From positions 92,121 to 156,120 of the forward strand of contig CABQGK010000006.1 of NCBI GenBank assembly GCA_902463725.1: a stretch of 64,000 bases of DNA, given 5' to 3'. Shown here piece by piece: positions 1 through 10,230 of this stretch. The number at the start of each line of letters is the position of its first letter. The stretch's first letter is position 1. Under the pieces are notes generated by a model. The model was not told the origin of the DNA. It ran no database searches and saw nothing but the letters and a program-made list of their open reading frames with translations. Position numbers and translations under genes: made by a program. The DNA is from an uncultured Sutterella sp. GTDB lineage: Bacteria; Pseudomonadota; Gammaproteobacteria; Burkholderiales; Burkholderiaceae_F.

Positions 1-551
1 ATATGCTCACGGTGTACCTCAACAGTGCGCTTTGAGAGAAAGAGACGCTCAGCCATATCCGCATTCTTCAATCCTTGGCAAATCATGCGGAAGATCTGGG
101 CTTCACGGCGTGAGAGTGTGTTGAGTAAATCGCGGAGTTGAGCGTGTTGCCAAGCTTGCATTGAGCGTTTGAGCGCAATGCGAACCTTACGAGCGAGCTC
201 ATCAGGATCGACGGGCTTTTCAAGAAAGCTGACAGCCCCCATTTCCATAGCATGAACTGCCTCATGAATCGTGGCATGTGCTGAGAGCATGATGACCGAG
301 ATGGGGCTACCTGCAGCCATTAGGCGCTCTTGGATCTGCAAACCGCTTAGTCCAGGCATGGTGAGATCGAGCACGGCACAGCCAGGCTGTTTAGGGTCCA
401 CTTGTGAGAGAAAATCCTCGCCCGAAGCAAAGGTCATCGCATTGAAATTGTGCGTTGCGAGTGCAAATCTCAGCGAGAGACGAACATCGTCATCATCCAC
501 AACCCACACGGGCAGACTGGAATCGTTTTTCTTGGCAGTGGCTTCAGACAT
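1..551 (-). CDS. FixJ/TtrR-type response regulator (REC + LuxR HTH), 3' end runs off the window
   Basis: Not in ORF track. Hand translation from ATG 551: MSEATAKKNDSSLPVWVVDDDDVR...CAVLDLTMPGLSGLQIQ...FLEKPVD...LSRREAQIF...LKNADMAERLFLSKRTVEVHREH. Confidence 0.9.
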   Translation of the reverse strand, partial: MSEATAKKNDSSLPVWVVDDDDVRLSLRFALATHNFNAMTFASGEDFLSQVDPKQPGCAVLDLTMPGLSGLQIQERLMAAGSPISVIMLSAHATIHEAVHAMEMGAVSFLEKPVDPDELARKVRIALKRSMQAWQHAQLRDLLNTLSRREAQIFRMICQGLKNADMAERLFLSKRTVEVHREH

Positions 552-674
552 AGGTTCTTTAGGGACGCACTAACGTGAAATTGGGGGCGGCTGTTAATAT
601 AGTGTTGAGTACAGATATCCTACCAAATAGTCGATAGCACTGGCGTTAGATCGGCAGTAAGGAAAGCGAGCACC

Positions 675-1742
675 GTGAAAAGAAACACTCCTCTTTATGA
701 CGACACACCAAGCCGTAGCGCTTTGGTTGAGCGAGAGCCGCCAACGCCCGAGTTACTGCATCTGGCACGTTGTCTGCCTCGAGGGCTTCGCATGGGTACA
801 GAGGGTTGGGCTGACGCTCGCTGGCGCAACCTCATTTATGCAGCACGCAGTGGAGTTGATCGACTTCAGGCTTATGGACTCGCGCCATACGTAAAACATC
901 CTCTCATTAGGTGCGTGGCGCTACCGTGGCGCGCGCAAGGTTATCGTGACAGTGAGTTGCTCAGTTTTTTGTCGGCTGTTGATGAGGATTTCCGATTTTT
1001 AATGCCCCTAGCACCCGCCTCGTTGGATCCACTTTTGCGGCGTGCTAACGGTGTGGCGCTTGGCGAAAATCCGAACTTTCTCCACTTTTCTCCCAAAGAT
1101 TGGGAGCGCATGGCGCTCATGCCGCTTGAGATGCTAGGAAAACGCCTTGGAGCTCTCATTTTGCGTATAGGCCCTTTTGATCGGGGACTGCTAAGGCGTT
1201 GGCGTCAGCAGGGGGACTTTGCTACTCGGCTAGAAAGCTATCTCACTGCACTAAAGCAACACTTAAGTGAGACCTCACAGCAGCCGCAACTTGCCCTAGA
1301 GATTCAAAATGGTGAGTGGCTAACGCCAAGGCTGATGAAGTTACTCGCTTCGATTGATATCTGCCCCGTGTTACGCCTCTCGTTGGGGATGCCGAACATT
1401 TTGCGTCAGCAAAAGGCATTTGAGTATTGGCGGGTGTTGCGAGCCAATCGCACGGCTATCAGCGCATCGTCGGATCAAGAGCGAGAAAAGCAGCCACTTT
1501 TTATTCATTGGGCAGGATCGCCTTCGCTCTCGCTCGGATATCGCAGGCTTGACGCTCAGTCGTTAGTGGCGAGTGACCCACTAACACGCGCAGCGATCGC
1601 CTCCCTCATCATTCGAACAGTTGATGAGGGAGACGATGTTTGGGTTTGGGTGGAAAATCGCGCAGAGGGGAGCGCTCCCCTCACGTTAAAGGCCCTAGCT
1701 GAAGCGCTTGTAGCACGCCGTTGCGACATGATGCCTCGATAA
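675..1742 (+). CDS. DUF72 (YecE-like) domain protein
   Basis: LRMGTEGW...W, LALEIQN, VENRAEGSAPLT resemble the DUF72 layout; divergent. Confidence 0.7.
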   Translation: MKRNTPLYDDTPSRSALVEREPPTPELLHLARCLPRGLRMGTEGWADARWRNLIYAARSGVDRLQAYGLAPYVKHPLIRCVALPWRAQGYRDSELLSFLSAVDEDFRFLMPLAPASLDPLLRRANGVALGENPNFLHFSPKDWERMALMPLEMLGKRLGALILRIGPFDRGLLRRWRQQGDFATRLESYLTALKQHLSETSQQPQLALEIQNGEWLTPRLMKLLASIDICPVLRLSLGMPNILRQQKAFEYWRVLRANRTAISASSDQEREKQPLFIHWAGSPSLSLGYRRLDAQSLVASDPLTRAAIASLIIRTVDEGDDVWVWVENRAEGSAPLTLKALAEALVARRCDMMPR

Positions 1743-1789
1743 GCACTGGCCGCGTTTCGACCGCGCTTCAGTCTCTAGTGTCTATACGG

Positions 1790-2356
1790 TTACCAGCGTG
1801 AAAGTGGTAGTGGCGTATCTTGCTCAAGCTGAGCGGGTACCTCGTAGGAGAGAGGAGCCTCAGGGGAGCCGATGAGCACAAAGGCAATGAGACGCTCGTT
1901 TTCTGGATCATAGAGTCCGTCGGGCGCAGCAAAGGGGCGAGGCGAAACGGTTTTGGCCACATACCCCATTGCGTGCAAGGCATTGAGGAAATTCATGAGT
2001 GCGCCGCCAGCCGTAATCAGGCGTTCTTCTTGGAACATGGGGCTGATGTCATCGTGGATGTCGGTGAGAACCATGGCCACGCACATAGGACCTTTAGTTG
2101 CCTTTTCGCGAGTTTTCGCTCGTACGCCTTCGTCCGCATCGGCAGGCAGCGTCGATTCAAACAAGTCTGCGAGCCGCTCACGGGATTGAATTTCTACAAA
2201 ACGCAGGGGAAGCTTTTTTTCGTGGTTGGGGGCGCGTAGCGCAGTTGAGACCGCAAGGCGTAGATCCGCTACATCTGGGGCTGGAATCGTTTGATGGCGG
2301 GCTCCGACAGAATGACGTGTAAGGGCAATTTGAATAAAGTTGGCGTTGGAAAGCAT
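1790..2356 (-). CDS. Nitroreductase family protein (YdjA-like)
   Basis: TRHSV...ALRAPNHEKKLPLRF...ALHAMGY...FVLIGSP; start moved to ATG 2356 to avoid overlap with the divergent cyclase. Confidence 0.8.
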   Translation of the reverse strand: MLSNANFIQIALTRHSVGARHQTIPAPDVADLRLAVSTALRAPNHEKKLPLRFVEIQSRERLADLFESTLPADADEGVRAKTREKATKGPMCVAMVLTDIHDDISPMFQEERLITAGGALMNFLNALHAMGYVAKTVSPRPFAAPDGLYDPENERLIAFVLIGSPEAPLSYEVPAQLEQDTPLPLSRW

Positions 2357-2441
2357 TGGTTGTCCTGTATTCTCTGAAAGAGGCAAAATCAAGATGGCCT
2401 TCGTTGAGACGCGGACGAGAGACCTGAATAATGAGAGTATT

Positions 2442-3107
2442 ATGCGCTTTCTTTTCGATATTACACAAACGTTATCGCATGCAACGCCAGTGATCGAAGG
2501 CGATGAGCCTTTTTCTGCTACGTGGAGTCTATCTCTAGCAAAGGGAGGCGCGGCGAATGTGACAGCCCTTCGAATGAGCCCGCATTTGGGCACGCATCTC
2601 GATGCTGCGCTACACACTGAGCCTTTTGGGAGCGATGTGCTCAGCATCGACCCTGCGCTTTGCGTGGGTGAGGCTTTGGTGCTTGAACTATCTACCAGCA
2701 TGGAGCAGGGGGCGCTCGCGCTGATTGAGCCAAGAGAGCTTGAGGGTGCGTTGGCTCTGGCCGGATATGCCGAGGCCAAACCATTACCTGCACGCGTGCT
2801 CCTTAAAACAAGGCGTCAGCCGCTCTCGAGCACTGCTGAGCCTTATCGTGCAGTGAGCGCCGCTGCGGTTGCTTATCTGCGCCATAGAGGCGTGCAGGTA
2901 TTGGGCACAGATACGTTTGGCGTGGACTCCCTTGAGAGTACCGATCTTGCTGCGCATCACGAAGCGCTTGGCCACGGTATGGTACTACTGGAGAATTTGT
3001 ACCTCAAAGAGGTCAAGGGTGGGCGCTATACGCTCGTGGCATTGCCGCTCAAAATCGCTGGTCTTGAGGCAAGTCCTGTCCGTGCTATTCTTTGCGAACT
3101 GATTTGA
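2442..3107 (+). CDS. Cyclase-family metal hydrolase (kynurenine formamidase/KynB-like)
   Basis: HLGTHLDAALH, GTDTFGVD, LENLYL, ALPLKIAGLEASPVRA. Confidence 0.85.
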   Translation: MRFLFDITQTLSHATPVIEGDEPFSATWSLSLAKGGAANVTALRMSPHLGTHLDAALHTEPFGSDVLSIDPALCVGEALVLELSTSMEQGALALIEPRELEGALALAGYAEAKPLPARVLLKTRRQPLSSTAEPYRAVSAAAVAYLRHRGVQVLGTDTFGVDSLESTDLAAHHEALGHGMVLLENLYLKEVKGGRYTLVALPLKIAGLEASPVRAILCELI

Positions 3108-3126
3108 CGCTCTGGAGGGTTTTGCT

Positions 3127-3573
3127 GTGCAGCAGAAGAAAGTTTTTGAAAAAACTCGCCGCATCTACATGGCCGACTGCGATCCTGGTGGAATTGTCTT
3201 TCATCCTCAGTACTTCGTCATGATCACCGAGGCGATGGAAGATTTTTACCGAGCTGCTGGCGTGACCTTTAAGGAGAGCCTTGCTCGTGGTCTAGGCTTT
3301 CCCATCGGCGGTATCCGGTGTGATTTCTGCCGCCCGAGTGCGCTCGGTGACTTGGTGACCATTCGCCTCTGGGTTGAACACATTGGTACAACGTCATTCC
3401 GCTTCGCCATAGAGATAACAGCAGAGGATGGTGTGCGCGTGCGTGCAACCGAAACGGTGGTCTGTGTCAAATTGGGCGAGCGCCCTGAAGCGCTTGGTAA
3501 AACCCCAATCCCCGAGGATTTTCGAGTGGTGCTCTCCGCATATCTCGGCGAGCCGCTGACGTTGCGAGCCTAA
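3127..3573 (+). CDS. Acyl-CoA thioesterase (4HBT/YbgC hotdog fold)
   Basis: DCDPGGIVFHPQYF motif; GGAGG SD before GTG start. Confidence 0.85.
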   Translation: MQQKKVFEKTRRIYMADCDPGGIVFHPQYFVMITEAMEDFYRAAGVTFKESLARGLGFPIGGIRCDFCRPSALGDLVTIRLWVEHIGTTSFRFAIEITAEDGVRVRATETVVCVKLGERPEALGKTPIPEDFRVVLSAYLGEPLTLRA

Positions 3574-3602
3574 GTAGAGTGGGGCGGCACTCAGGCCGCC
3601 CA

Positions 3603-4397
3603 TTACGACTCGAGCTCATTGAGTGCAGCCTCGGGTGTTGTGAGTGCATGCAAAACTCGTGCACGTTCAGAATTGGCACCCGTTACGTAGTATTCGCTAT
3701 TGCCAGCACAAAGGTCAGCGTTGAGCATATTGTGCTCGAGCAGAACGGTACGTAGGTGGCGCGCAACGGCAGGTGCCGGGTTAATTAGACTCACACCGTG
3801 GCCAGTAATGCGTGAAATTTCATCCGAGAGAAAAGGGTAATGCGTGCAGGCGAGCACTAACTGATCTATTCCCTCATCGAGCATAGGCCGGATGAAGTGC
3901 TTGAGCATCGAGCGTGTTTCTTCAGTGTGAAAAGCGCCCGCTTCCACACATTCCATTAGCCCTGGACAGGGACAATCAATGAAACGAATGTTCGGGTCTT
4001 GTACGTGAGCTTTGAGCTTTTGATAGCGCGTGCTGGCAATGGTCTTAACGGTTGCCATGACGCCGACGACTTGCGTCTTCGTGGCCCGTGCAGCGGGTAA
4101 GATCGCTGGCTCAATGCCAATGACGGGAATCGAGAGCCTTGCACGAAGTGCTGTGGCTGCAACGGCTGTAGCTGTGTTACAGGCTAGCACGAGTGCTTTA
4201 ATACCTTTTGAGAGGAGAAAGTCGACCAAAGCATTGGTGCGCGCCATGATAAACGCATCATCACGGTCGCCCCACGGCGCATAGCCGCAGTCTCCTGCAT
4301 AGATCAGGTGCTCGTGTGGAAACTCCTCCCGTACGGCGCTCATGACGGATAGACCACCAAAGCCCGAGTCCAGCAGACCAATGGGTTGAGTAGACAT
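3603..4397 (-). CDS. murI: Glutamate racemase
   Basis: DSGFGGLSV, LACNTAT, LACTHYP. Confidence 0.97.
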   Translation of the reverse strand: MSTQPIGLLDSGFGGLSVMSAVREEFPHEHLIYAGDCGYAPWGDRDDAFIMARTNALVDFLLSKGIKALVLACNTATAVAATALRARLSIPVIGIEPAILPAARATKTQVVGVMATVKTIASTRYQKLKAHVQDPNIRFIDCPCPGLMECVEAGAFHTEETRSMLKHFIRPMLDEGIDQLVLACTHYPFLSDEISRITGHGVSLINPAPAVARHLRTVLLEHNMLNADLCAGNSEYYVTGANSERARVLHALTTPEAALNELES

Positions 4398-4405
4398 GTT
4401 GACTC

Positions 4406-5308
4406 CTATTTTTTGCGACTTAGCAGGCGGGTTTCATTAAGGAGAATGGCCATCACAATCAGTGCTCCGCCAGTCCATCCTGTCCAACCGAGCGCTTCGC
4501 CGCTTAGCCAGCCAATTGCAGCTGCAAAGACACTTTCCATGGCGAAGATGACTGCAGCTCGCCCAGCTGGTACGGTCTTTTGCCCCCAAGTGAGAAGCAT
4601 CTGCGCAAGTCCAACAATAATGCCAAGCCAGAGCATGCTCAGGAGGAGCGTGGATGTCCATTGAGTTGGGCCGAACGGCCAGAGGGCTAGTTCCAGCCCC
4701 AAAAGACGCGTAAGTCCACAGAGCAGTGCCACGCTGACGAGCTGTGTGAAGGTAAGAGGTAGCGCGTCATTTTTTGTTGCTACAAAGCCGATGCAGATGA
4801 TTTCGAATGCCGAAATAAAGGCGCAAAGAATTGTGACCCATTCCCCAAAGTTATTGGAAAACGACAGGGTGAAGGGGTTGGCGAGTAACAGTAGCCCTGT
4901 AAAAGCAACGCCAGCCGCCAAAAACGCGCGGTAGTCTGGTTTTTTCCCAAACAGTACCCAAACAAGGAGCGGCGTGAAGGGGACGTAGAGCGCCGTGAGA
5001 AACCCTGATGTAGAGCTCTCAATGCTCATGAGGCCGATCGCGTTGGTGATGTAGCCACCGTAGAGAAGCACCCCTGTGCCCAAGCCTGCACGCCAAGTTT
5101 GAGCGGGAATGTGCAAAATGCGCCGACGAAGCATTAGCGCGACGATGCTCGCGCCAATCGTAAAGCGCGCCATGACGAGCATGAACGGATCGGTGTATTG
5201 GAGAGCTGTCGCCGTGGTGATAAACGAACTGCCCCAAAGAAAGGTGGCAAGTACGAGGGCAGCGGTCGGTAGCGTTGCTTGATATCGAAAGAGCAAATTA
5301 CTCAGCAT
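4406..5308 (-). CDS. DMT/EamA-family transporter
   Basis: LWGSSF...ARF, about 10 hydrophobic segments, two EamA repeats. Confidence 0.85.
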   Translation of the reverse strand: MLSNLLFRYQATLPTAALVLATFLWGSSFITTATALQYTDPFMLVMARFTIGASIVALMLRRRILHIPAQTWRAGLGTGVLLYGGYITNAIGLMSIESSTSGFLTALYVPFTPLLVWVLFGKKPDYRAFLAAGVAFTGLLLLANPFTLSFSNNFGEWVTILCAFISAFEIICIGFVATKNDALPLTFTQLVSVALLCGLTRLLGLELALWPFGPTQWTSTLLLSMLWLGIIVGLAQMLLTWGQKTVPAGRAAVIFAMESVFAAAIGWLSGEALGWTGWTGGALIVMAILLNETRLLSRKK

Positions 5309-5675
5309 GATCCGTCAGTAAGCCGAGCTCTTGAGTCCAACGCGCCTCGTTAACGCCAACGATCGTGGTGCCGTTGTCAAAGACAATGATCGGACGTTTG
5401 ATGATGTTGGGGGTGTTGAGCATAATGGCGCGGGCGGCATCAGGGCTGCTTTGAGCTGCCTGCTGATCTGCTGGGCTCAAACGGCGCCAAAGTTGGCCGC
5501 GTCGGTTGAGGAGCGGCTCTCCTTGAGCGTTTTTGATCCAGTCATCTAGCCGCTCAGCAGCAAGGCCTTCTCGTTTGAAGTCGTGAAATTCGTAATCGAT
5601 ACCATGGGTATCGAACCAGTCGAAGGCTTTTTTCATGCTTGAGCAGTTGCGAATGCCATAGATTTTCGTGGTCAT
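5298..5675 (-). CDS. ArsC/Spx family protein (YffB-like)
   Basis: IYGIRNCSSMKKA, FHDFK, PNIIKRPII. Confidence 0.88.
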   Translation of the reverse strand: MTTKIYGIRNCSSMKKAFDWFDTHGIDYEFHDFKREGLAAERLDDWIKNAQGEPLLNRRGQLWRRLSPADQQAAQSSPDAARAIMLNTPNIIKRPIIVFDNGTTIVGVNEARWTQELGLLTDHAE

Positions 5676-5723
5676 GTCGTCTCAGTCCTTATCTCTTAGG
5701 GGTACCTCTCGATAAGAGGCTCA

Positions 5724-6722
5724 TCATGCAGCGGCTCGGCCGAGTCGATCATTGACAGCTGCCCAAGCGGGATCCTGTGGCGGTAGCTCAACCAGAATCC
5801 GATTTGCACCTGCCCGATCAAGTTTGTGCAGATTTTCGTAAAGTTCTCGGCCGTATTGCGCCACGGAGTTTGGAGCGGTGATGCTAAAGACCGCGGCGCT
5901 AGGCAGGGCCTTGAGCGTTTCTGCACTCACCATGACGGCCACGGGCTCGCCAGAGAGTTCTGCAAAACGAGCGAGGAGCGCGTCGCGAGGCAAGAGCTCT
6001 AGACGAGTTTTCGGGGCGTAATGACTTTTGAGACGGCCAGAGGCGCGAGGTGCATCTTCGCCTGCGTCTGGGACGGCGAATCCTAGGGTCTCCTCCAGCA
6101 TGGCTCGTGTGATGACCCCGTGTCGCAGTAGCGTTGGTCGAGCGCCCGAGAGATTGATGATTGTTGACTCAAGGCCAAACTCACAGGGGCCGCCATCAAG
6201 GATCATGTCGAGTTTGCCAGTGGGCTTAAGACCAAGATCGTCGGCTACGTGTTGTGCGGTAGAGGGGCTGATACGTCCGAAGGTGTTGGCCGATGGGGCT
6301 GTCAGCCCTTTGTGTGTAGGTCCCGCAAAGCGCTTGAGTAGTTCATGAGTAATTGGGTGAGAAGGACAGCGTAGTGCAACACTGTCTTGCCCGCCGGTGA
6401 CCCAGAGGCCGCAGCGATCAAGCTTTTTCATGACAAGTGTGAGCGGGCCAGGCCAAAAGCGTTTAACCAGCAACCAAGCCTCTGGTGGAATATCACGGCA
6501 CCAGTACTCAAGCGCTTCTGCGCTATCGACGTGCACGATGAGTGGATGGTCTGCCGGGCGTCTTTTGGCAGCATAAATGGACATGACAGCCGCCTCATTA
6601 TCGGCATCGGCTGCTAGGCCATAGACCGTCTCAGTGGGAATAGCTACTAAGCCACCCTGATTGAGAAGATGGATGCTTTGTTCGATTTCCTGCTCGGGCA
6701 AATCTTTGACTACTTCAGACAT
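5724..6722 (-). CDS. sua5: L-threonylcarbamoyladenylate synthase (Sua5 type)
   Basis: PTETVYGL, KRRPADHPLIVH, APSAN, SHYAP, C-terminal SUA5 domain. Confidence 0.95.
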   Translation of the reverse strand: MSEVVKDLPEQEIEQSIHLLNQGGLVAIPTETVYGLAADADNEAAVMSIYAAKRRPADHPLIVHVDSAEALEYWCRDIPPEAWLLVKRFWPGPLTLVMKKLDRCGLWVTGGQDSVALRCPSHPITHELLKRFAGPTHKGLTAPSANTFGRISPSTAQHVADDLGLKPTGKLDMILDGGPCEFGLESTIINLSGARPTLLRHGVITRAMLEETLGFAVPDAGEDAPRASGRLKSHYAPKTRLELLPRDALLARFAELSGEPVAVMVSAETLKALPSAAVFSITAPNSVAQYGRELYENLHKLDRAGANRILVELPPQDPAWAAVNDRLGRAAA

Positions 6723-6802
6723 TGTTTCTTTCTTCGGAAAATGAGTTCGTTCATTTTACCGCGTGCGCCAACCCTCATCAGGATTAAAGCAATAGCGCAT
6801 GG

Positions 6803-6851
6803 CAAAAGTAAAACCCGTATCGTCTTCAGTCTGAGAGCGATACGGGTTTTG
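6803..6851 (-). terminator. Intrinsic terminator after purK
   Basis: AAAACCCGTATCG/CGATACGGGTTTT inverted repeat with T-rich tail on the minus strand. Confidence 0.7.
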
Positions 6852-6881
6852 TGCGAAGCCTAACGCAAGAATGCTCAAGCG

Positions 6882-8051
6882 TTAGAAAGGCTCAGGTAGC
6901 TTGAGAATGGCGGAGACAGTGCGGGCGCGTCCCAGCGCTTGTTCAAGGGTGGTACCAAGAACGGTGACATGCCCCATTTTACGGGCGCGTCGCGCTTCAT
7001 GTTTGCCATAGATGTGGAGTTTGGCTCCTGGGACGGCGAGTACGCTGGCCCAGTCAGGCTCGCGGTGCTCGCCTTGCTCGTTGTACCATTCGTCGCCGAG
7101 GATGTTGAGCATCACCGCCGGTGTGTGCTGTGTGGTATCACCAAGCGGCAGTCCTGCCATGGTGCGCACCTGTTGCTCGTACTGTGAGCAGACACAGGCA
7201 TCAATGGTGGCGTGTCCCGAGTTGTGCGGGCGCGGAGCCATCTCATTGACGAGGAGCGTGCCATCCTTGAGTACAAAAAATTCCACACAGAGCACCCCAA
7301 CGTAGTGCAGTGCATCGGCGATGCGGCTCGCTTGCTCGCGCGCGAGTGCCGCAATCTCGTTGCTAACGCGTGCAGGAAGAATACTAACCGCAAGAATGCC
7401 ATTACGGTGTTTGTTTTCTGAGACGGGGAATGTGGCTGTTTCGCCTAGAGCATTTCGTGCAACGATCACGGAAACTTCAACCGCAAGATCGAGACGTTTT
7501 TCCAAAATGCACTCGACACCGCCAAAGGCTTCAAAGGCAGCGGCGAGTTCTTCCGAGGAACGTACGGTACGCTGCCCTTTGCCGTCGTAGCCAAGTCTGG
7601 CGGTTTTTAGAATGCCAGGAAAGAGTGACTCGTCGACCTGAGCGAGATCCTCTTTGCGACGGATGGCAGCGTTGGGAGCGACTTTAGCACCCGCGCTGAC
7701 AGCAAAGGCTTTTTCGAGGTTACGGTTCTGTGTCACAGCTAAGGCTGCCGAAGGTGGGGCAACCGTGAGTCCTGCCTCTTCGAAGAATTTCAGAGAGGTC
7801 GCGGGAACATTTTCAAACTCCGTGGTCACCGCGGTGGTCGCTGCGCACATGGCCTTGAGGCCTTCGAGGTCCGCATAACCCGCTTCGATACAATTTCGAC
7901 TCACTTCGGCGGCAGGGCCATCTGCGGCGGGATCGAGAACCACGACATGAAAGCCCATCGTTGCTGCACTTTGCGCAAACATACGTCCGAGTTGTCCGCC
8001 TCCCATCAGGCCGAGTGTGCTTCCAGGAAGAAGAGTTTTGCTTTGTGTCAT
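6882..8051 (-). CDS. purK: N5-carboxyaminoimidazole ribonucleotide synthase
   Basis: GGGQLGRM, TEFENVP, GYDGKGQ, NEMAPRPHNSGH. Confidence 0.97.
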   Translation of the reverse strand: MTQSKTLLPGSTLGLMGGGQLGRMFAQSAATMGFHVVVLDPAADGPAAEVSRNCIEAGYADLEGLKAMCAATTAVTTEFENVPATSLKFFEEAGLTVAPPSAALAVTQNRNLEKAFAVSAGAKVAPNAAIRRKEDLAQVDESLFPGILKTARLGYDGKGQRTVRSSEELAAAFEAFGGVECILEKRLDLAVEVSVIVARNALGETATFPVSENKHRNGILAVSILPARVSNEIAALAREQASRIADALHYVGVLCVEFFVLKDGTLLVNEMAPRPHNSGHATIDACVCSQYEQQVRTMAGLPLGDTTQHTPAVMLNILGDEWYNEQGEHREPDWASVLAVPGAKLHIYGKHEARRARKMGHVTVLGTTLEQALGRARTVSAILKLPEPF

Positions 8052-8056
8052 TTTGC

Positions 8057-8557
8057 TCAGTTGTCCTCAAGTGTCATAGCGGCAGCGGCGGCATTTTGTT
8101 CAGCACGGAAAGCCGCGAGTTTTTCTGCAAGGTCAGCATCCGTTACCGAGAGAATTTGCACGGCATAGAGTCCTGCATTCGCCGCGCCCGCTTCGCCAAT
8201 GGCAAATGTGGCGACGGGTACGCCTTTGGGCATTTGAACAATCGAGTAGAGGCTGTCTTCGCCTCGCAAGTATTTGGAGGGGACAGGAACACCGCAGACG
8301 GGAAGGGTGCATTTGGCGGCAACCATGCCAGGGAGGTGGGCTGCGCCGCCCGCTCCCGCAATAATGACTCTGAGGCCACGTTGACGGGCAGTTTGCGCGT
8401 AGTCGAACATTTCATCAGGCATACGATGCGCACTCACAACACGCGCTTCGTATGGCACACCGAAGCGTTTTAGCATGTCGGCAGCCAGCTTCATCACAGG
8501 CCAGTCAGAGTTGCTACCCATAATGATGCCCACGAGCGGCTTCTGATTTTCAGTCAT
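8057..8557 (-). CDS. purE: N5-CAIR mutase
   Basis: [28 protein letters not shown] 8557 has an AAGGA SD. Confidence 0.97.
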   Translation of the reverse strand: MTENQKPLVGIIMGSNSDWPVMKLAADMLKRFGVPYEARVVSAHRMPDEMFDYAQTARQRGLRVIIAGAGGAAHLPGMVAAKCTLPVCGVPVPSKYLRGEDSLYSIVQMPKGVPVATFAIGEAGAANAGLYAVQILSVTDADLAEKLAAFRAEQNAAAAAMTLEDN

Positions 8558-8598
8558 GACCAATCCTTATTTTGAATCTTTTGGCAATTAGGCATAGG

Positions 8599-8637
8599 GA
8601 AAAAGAGACCAGTAGCCAAGGCTACTGGTCTTTTTTC
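8599..8637. terminator. Intrinsic terminator after purC
   Basis: AGACCAGTAGCC/GGCTACTGGTCT with A- and T-runs on the flanks. Confidence 0.75.
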
Positions 8638-8651
8638 AGTGAGCGCGTCAA

Positions 8652-9545
8652 TTACGGCTCAATGTCGATGTCCGCAAGACGGCGAAGGGCTTCACGGTAC
8701 TTGTCAGCCGTCTTTTCGATGACATCCTGTGGCACTTTGGGCGCAGGTGGAGTCTTGTTCCAAGGCTGCGTCTCGAGCCAGTCACGGATGAACTGTTTGT
8801 CAAAGCTCGGTGGCGAGACACCAACAGTGTACTGATCCGCAGGCCAGAAGCGGCTGGAGTCCGGCGTCAAAACCTCGTCCATGAGACGGACGTTACCTTC
8901 GGCGTCTAGGCCGAACTCAAACTTCGTATCAGCAATGATGATGCCACGTGTTGCAGCGTATTCGCTGGCGCGGCGGTAGAGTTCAAGCGTGGCATTCTTA
9001 ATGGTATGTGCCACCTTTTCCCCATAGAGCTCAACAACACGCTCAAAGGAAATATTTTCGTCGTGGGTTCCCACTTCAGCCTTGGCCGCGGGAGTGAAGA
9101 TTGGTTCAGGAAGCTTTTCACCCATGCGTAGACCAGCAGGCAGCTCAATGCCGCAGACTTTGCCCGTGGCTTGATAGTCTTTCCAACCGCCGCCAATCAG
9201 GTAGCCACGTGCAACACACTCAACCAGAATGGGCTTAAGGCGCATTGCGACCACGGCACGGCCACGAACCTGATCGACTTCATCAGGAGCAACGACGCTA
9301 GCGGGATCAATATGGGTGAGGTGATTGGGGAGGACGCCGTCGAGTTTATCGAACCAGAAGTCGGTGATGGCGGTGAGGACTTTGCCTTTGCCAGGGATGG
9401 GGTCGCCGAGAATGACGTCAAAGGCAGAAATGCGGTCAGTGGCAACAATGAGTAGTTTGTCATCACCGACGAGGTAACTGTCACGTACCTTACCTGAATA
9501 GACCAGGGGTAGGGACGTGATGGAAGTCTTGGAAAGACCAGCCAT
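8652..9545 (-). CDS. purC: SAICAR synthase
   Basis: [34 protein letters not shown]. Confidence 0.97.
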   Translation of the reverse strand: MAGLSKTSITSLPLVYSGKVRDSYLVGDDKLLIVATDRISAFDVILGDPIPGKGKVLTAITDFWFDKLDGVLPNHLTHIDPASVVAPDEVDQVRGRAVVAMRLKPILVECVARGYLIGGGWKDYQATGKVCGIELPAGLRMGEKLPEPIFTPAAKAEVGTHDENISFERVVELYGEKVAHTIKNATLELYRRASEYAATRGIIIADTKFEFGLDAEGNVRLMDEVLTPDSSRFWPADQYTVGVSPPSFDKQFIRDWLETQPWNKTPPAPKVPQDVIEKTADKYREALRRLADIDIEP

Positions 9546-9682
9546 GTTGAGTCTCCATCGAGAGGTCAGCCCACCTTGGTGAGAGAGTGGGCTGTGGTTT
9601 TCAAAGATGTCCCTATTCTAAAGCGCCCTTTGAGAAAACGGGTGCGAAAGATGGGTGAAAACCTTCTCGTTGGGATTAGTGC

Positions 9683-10093
9683 TTAGAAAAGCCAGCGCCA
9701 AAAGAGCGGTACAAGCACCACTGCCCAAAGCATGATGCAGATAATGAGCGCGATAAGCACCGCTGCGCTACCCATGTCTTTAGCGCGACCACTAAGGGGG
9801 TGCAGTTCGGGGCCGATGCGGTCGACGACGGCTTCGAGAGCAGAATTGAGAATTTCTGTGAGCAGTAGCCCAAGCACAGATGCTGCGAGCAAGGCGCTTT
9901 CGAGCCAACTCACGGGAAGAATAAAAGCGAGCGGAATGAGTACGCAGGCTGCAATCGATTCTTCTCGGAATGCTGCTTCATTTTGAAACGCCGCACGCAA
10001 CCCTTGCATGGAATAACGGGTGGCGTTGAGAAGGCGTCGTAAACCCGTTTTGCCTTTGAGTGCTTCTGCGCTGGCGGGTTTGTTTTGTGGCAT
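9683..10093 (-). CDS. dgkA: Diacylglycerol kinase
   Basis: EAAFREE, EILNSALEAVVD, AKDMGSAAV. Confidence 0.95.
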   Translation of the reverse strand: MPQNKPASAEALKGKTGLRRLLNATRYSMQGLRAAFQNEAAFREESIAACVLIPLAFILPVSWLESALLAASVLGLLLTEILNSALEAVVDRIGPELHPLSGRAKDMGSAAVLIALIICIMLWAVVLVPLFWRWLF

Positions 10094-10230
10094 GAGAGTA
10101 ACTCCGGCTTTAGACGGTAGTAGCTGCGAGCGCCACTAAAAGCGCTCGCAGTGCACCTTTGAGCGAACCTGCGCCCGCCAAGGAGCGCAGGTGCTGTCCG
10201 CGCATGTCACTGGCTCGAATCGAGCGGTAA

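Noticed and set aside
271..573. 100-aa + strand ORF (and 83..277)
   Set aside because: Shadow of the minus-strand response regulator that runs off the window.
2357..2779. N-terminal 141 aa of the 329-aa nitroreductase ORF
   Set aside because: Antisense to the cyclase gene; recognisable similarity starts at Met 2356.
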